DNA of 64,000 bases from NCBI RefSeq assembly GCF_018350175.1, contig NC_058368.1, positions 140,308,001 to 140,372,000 of the forward strand, read 5' to 3'. Below are positions 62,873-64,000 of the stretch, one piece after another. The notes below the pieces were generated by a model. The model worked only from the letters and a program-made list of their open reading frames with translations. It searched no databases and was not told the origin of the DNA. The position numbers and the translations under genes are program-made. Source of the stretch: Felis catus. Lineage: Eukaryota. How positions within the stretch are numbered: the first letter of the stretch is position 1; each line of letters starts with the position of its first letter.

Positions 62873-63056
62873 GGCAACAGGCTTTGGCTTCTTGAACGCA
62901 CTGTGCAAAGCAGCGGCCGTCCTTGGAAACTTAATATTCGGCTCCCTGGTCAGCTTCACCAAATCAATCCCCATCCTGCTGGCCTCCACTGTGCTCGTGT
63001 GTGGAGGACTGGTGGGGTTGCGCCTGCCTGACACACGAACCCAGGTCCTGATGTAA
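62873..63056 (+). CDS. SV2C: SV2C terminal coding exon (exon 13 equivalent), 184 coding bp to TAA
   Basis: cttcccttgcag|G GCA. Translates ATGFGFLNALCKAAAVLGNLIFGSLVSFTKSIPILLASTVLVCGGLVGLRLPDTRTQVLM*. The C-terminus PDTRTQVLM is SV2C-specific as recalled. Confidence 0.97.
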
Positions 63057-64000
63057 TGGGAAAAAAGCCATCCATCCTGCGTTTCTTTCTCCTGCCCTGT
63101 GTCAACACTCCTGACTCAAGGCTTCAGATTTTTCAGATACCAAAATGTGGTGAAATATCAGAACACTAACCCTTGCCATCACTAAAATTTATTTGCATCC
63201 CATCCTGCCCCTTGTATGTGATTTTGCAGTTTTGTTCATGCGTTGCTATCTTTCCTGACTGGGATGCTACCAGTGGAAGCATTTTTTAAGTGCCCTCGTC
63301 AGCCAGGCCTCCCTGAGATTCTGATCACTGAAGGGTGAGAAGCCTTTGCTGCCCTAAGAAATACATCTTCCTTCTAATTTAACATCCACAGGAAATAGAC
63401 GTTGGCATATTGTTGCATTTGTGCTGAGGAGAGGGATTCTTTTTTTTTTTTTTTTTTTTCAATCAGAGTGATATTTCCTGTTTACTTAGCAAAGGACACC
63501 CAGCAATTCTTGCTGTTCTAGCAGGGCCTTTCAAAGAAAACCATGTGGCCCCAAACGGAGCTGGGTGGGGCTCTTTCAGGCATGACAGTGAAGGTGACTC
63601 TGCTGACAAGAGAAATAAAGGCCATGCCGTTAGCAGCAAAGATCTCAGTGAACTAACTACACAAGCAGGATTTCTGCCCAGTTAAAGTCCCGAAAAATAT
63701 GCGGAGAAGGAACCGCAGTACTGTCGGTGATTATGGTCCAGAACGTTAGAAAATCAGAGGTCAGAGACAGATCTTCTGCCTCTGTTTACCCCCATCTCCT
63801 CCTTGCCCCCGCCCCAGCTGCCCTGTATTTTGCCAGATAGCATATGCAAAGAGAGAAAGCCACTTTCTACAAAACTGGATCTGCCTGCCCGATTCTGCCA
63901 TTTATTCACACTGTCTCCACTGTAGAGATTCACCCCTAGAGCCATTTGGAAATGCAAAATGATGTACCGCTTTTCTGAAGGACAGTGCCCACCCCCCACC
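63057..64000 (+). other. SV2C: Start of SV2C 3'UTR, probably continuing beyond the window
   Basis: Directly follows the stop codon; no recognisable repeat; T20 run at 63440-63459; one AATAAA at 63614-63619. Confidence 0.8.

Noticed and set aside
28634..63056. SV2C as a pseudogene, or the locus as SV2A/SV2B
   Set aside because: All nine exons have canonical GT-AG sites, matching phases and no premature stop. The peptides, including the C-terminal PDTRTQVLM, match SV2C rather than its paralogues.
1..64000. CRISPR arrays, operons or other prokaryotic systems
   Set aside because: The window is mammalian intron/exon DNA; the recurring sequences are SINEs and microsatellites, not repeat-spacer arrays.

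Overview
This is eukaryotic DNA from a carnivore, almost certainly a felid: it carries several near-identical young felid-type CanSINE (SINEC_Fc-like) copies. The only protein-coding gene I can support is the 3' part of SV2C (synaptic vesicle glycoprotein 2C, a 12-TM MFS protein) on the + strand. It has nine GT-AG coding exons (human exons 5-13 by recalled numbering) between 28634 and the TAA stop at 63054-63056. They splice in frame to 1265 nt and are followed by the start of the 3'UTR; bases 1-28633 are the end of a long intron. The rest is mostly interspersed repeat (CanSINEs, L1, L2, MIR, MER21/MLT LTRs, hAT and Tigger MITEs) and microsatellite. The main signal is in the SV2C protein, compared with the human and rodent sequences as I recall them. 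Cytosolic and most TM exons are almost invariant, but the lumen-facing surface is remodelled. (1) The N559 glycosylation sequon that botulinum neurotoxin A uses for high-affinity binding is destroyed (N-C-S to N-C-L). (2) A 30-codon stretch at the start of luminal domain 4 differs at about 18 residues and has a 2-codon deletion. (3) Further changes fall on the beta-helix and in the small luminal loops. This suggests lineage-specific escape from a toxin or pathogen ligand, which is an inference. Retrotransposition oddities include a SINE with a 3' transduction, an L1 ORF2 fragment with no TSD or poly(A), and a twin-primed L1. Orthologue comparisons and repeat family names come from memory, not from a database search, and repeat boundaries are approximate.
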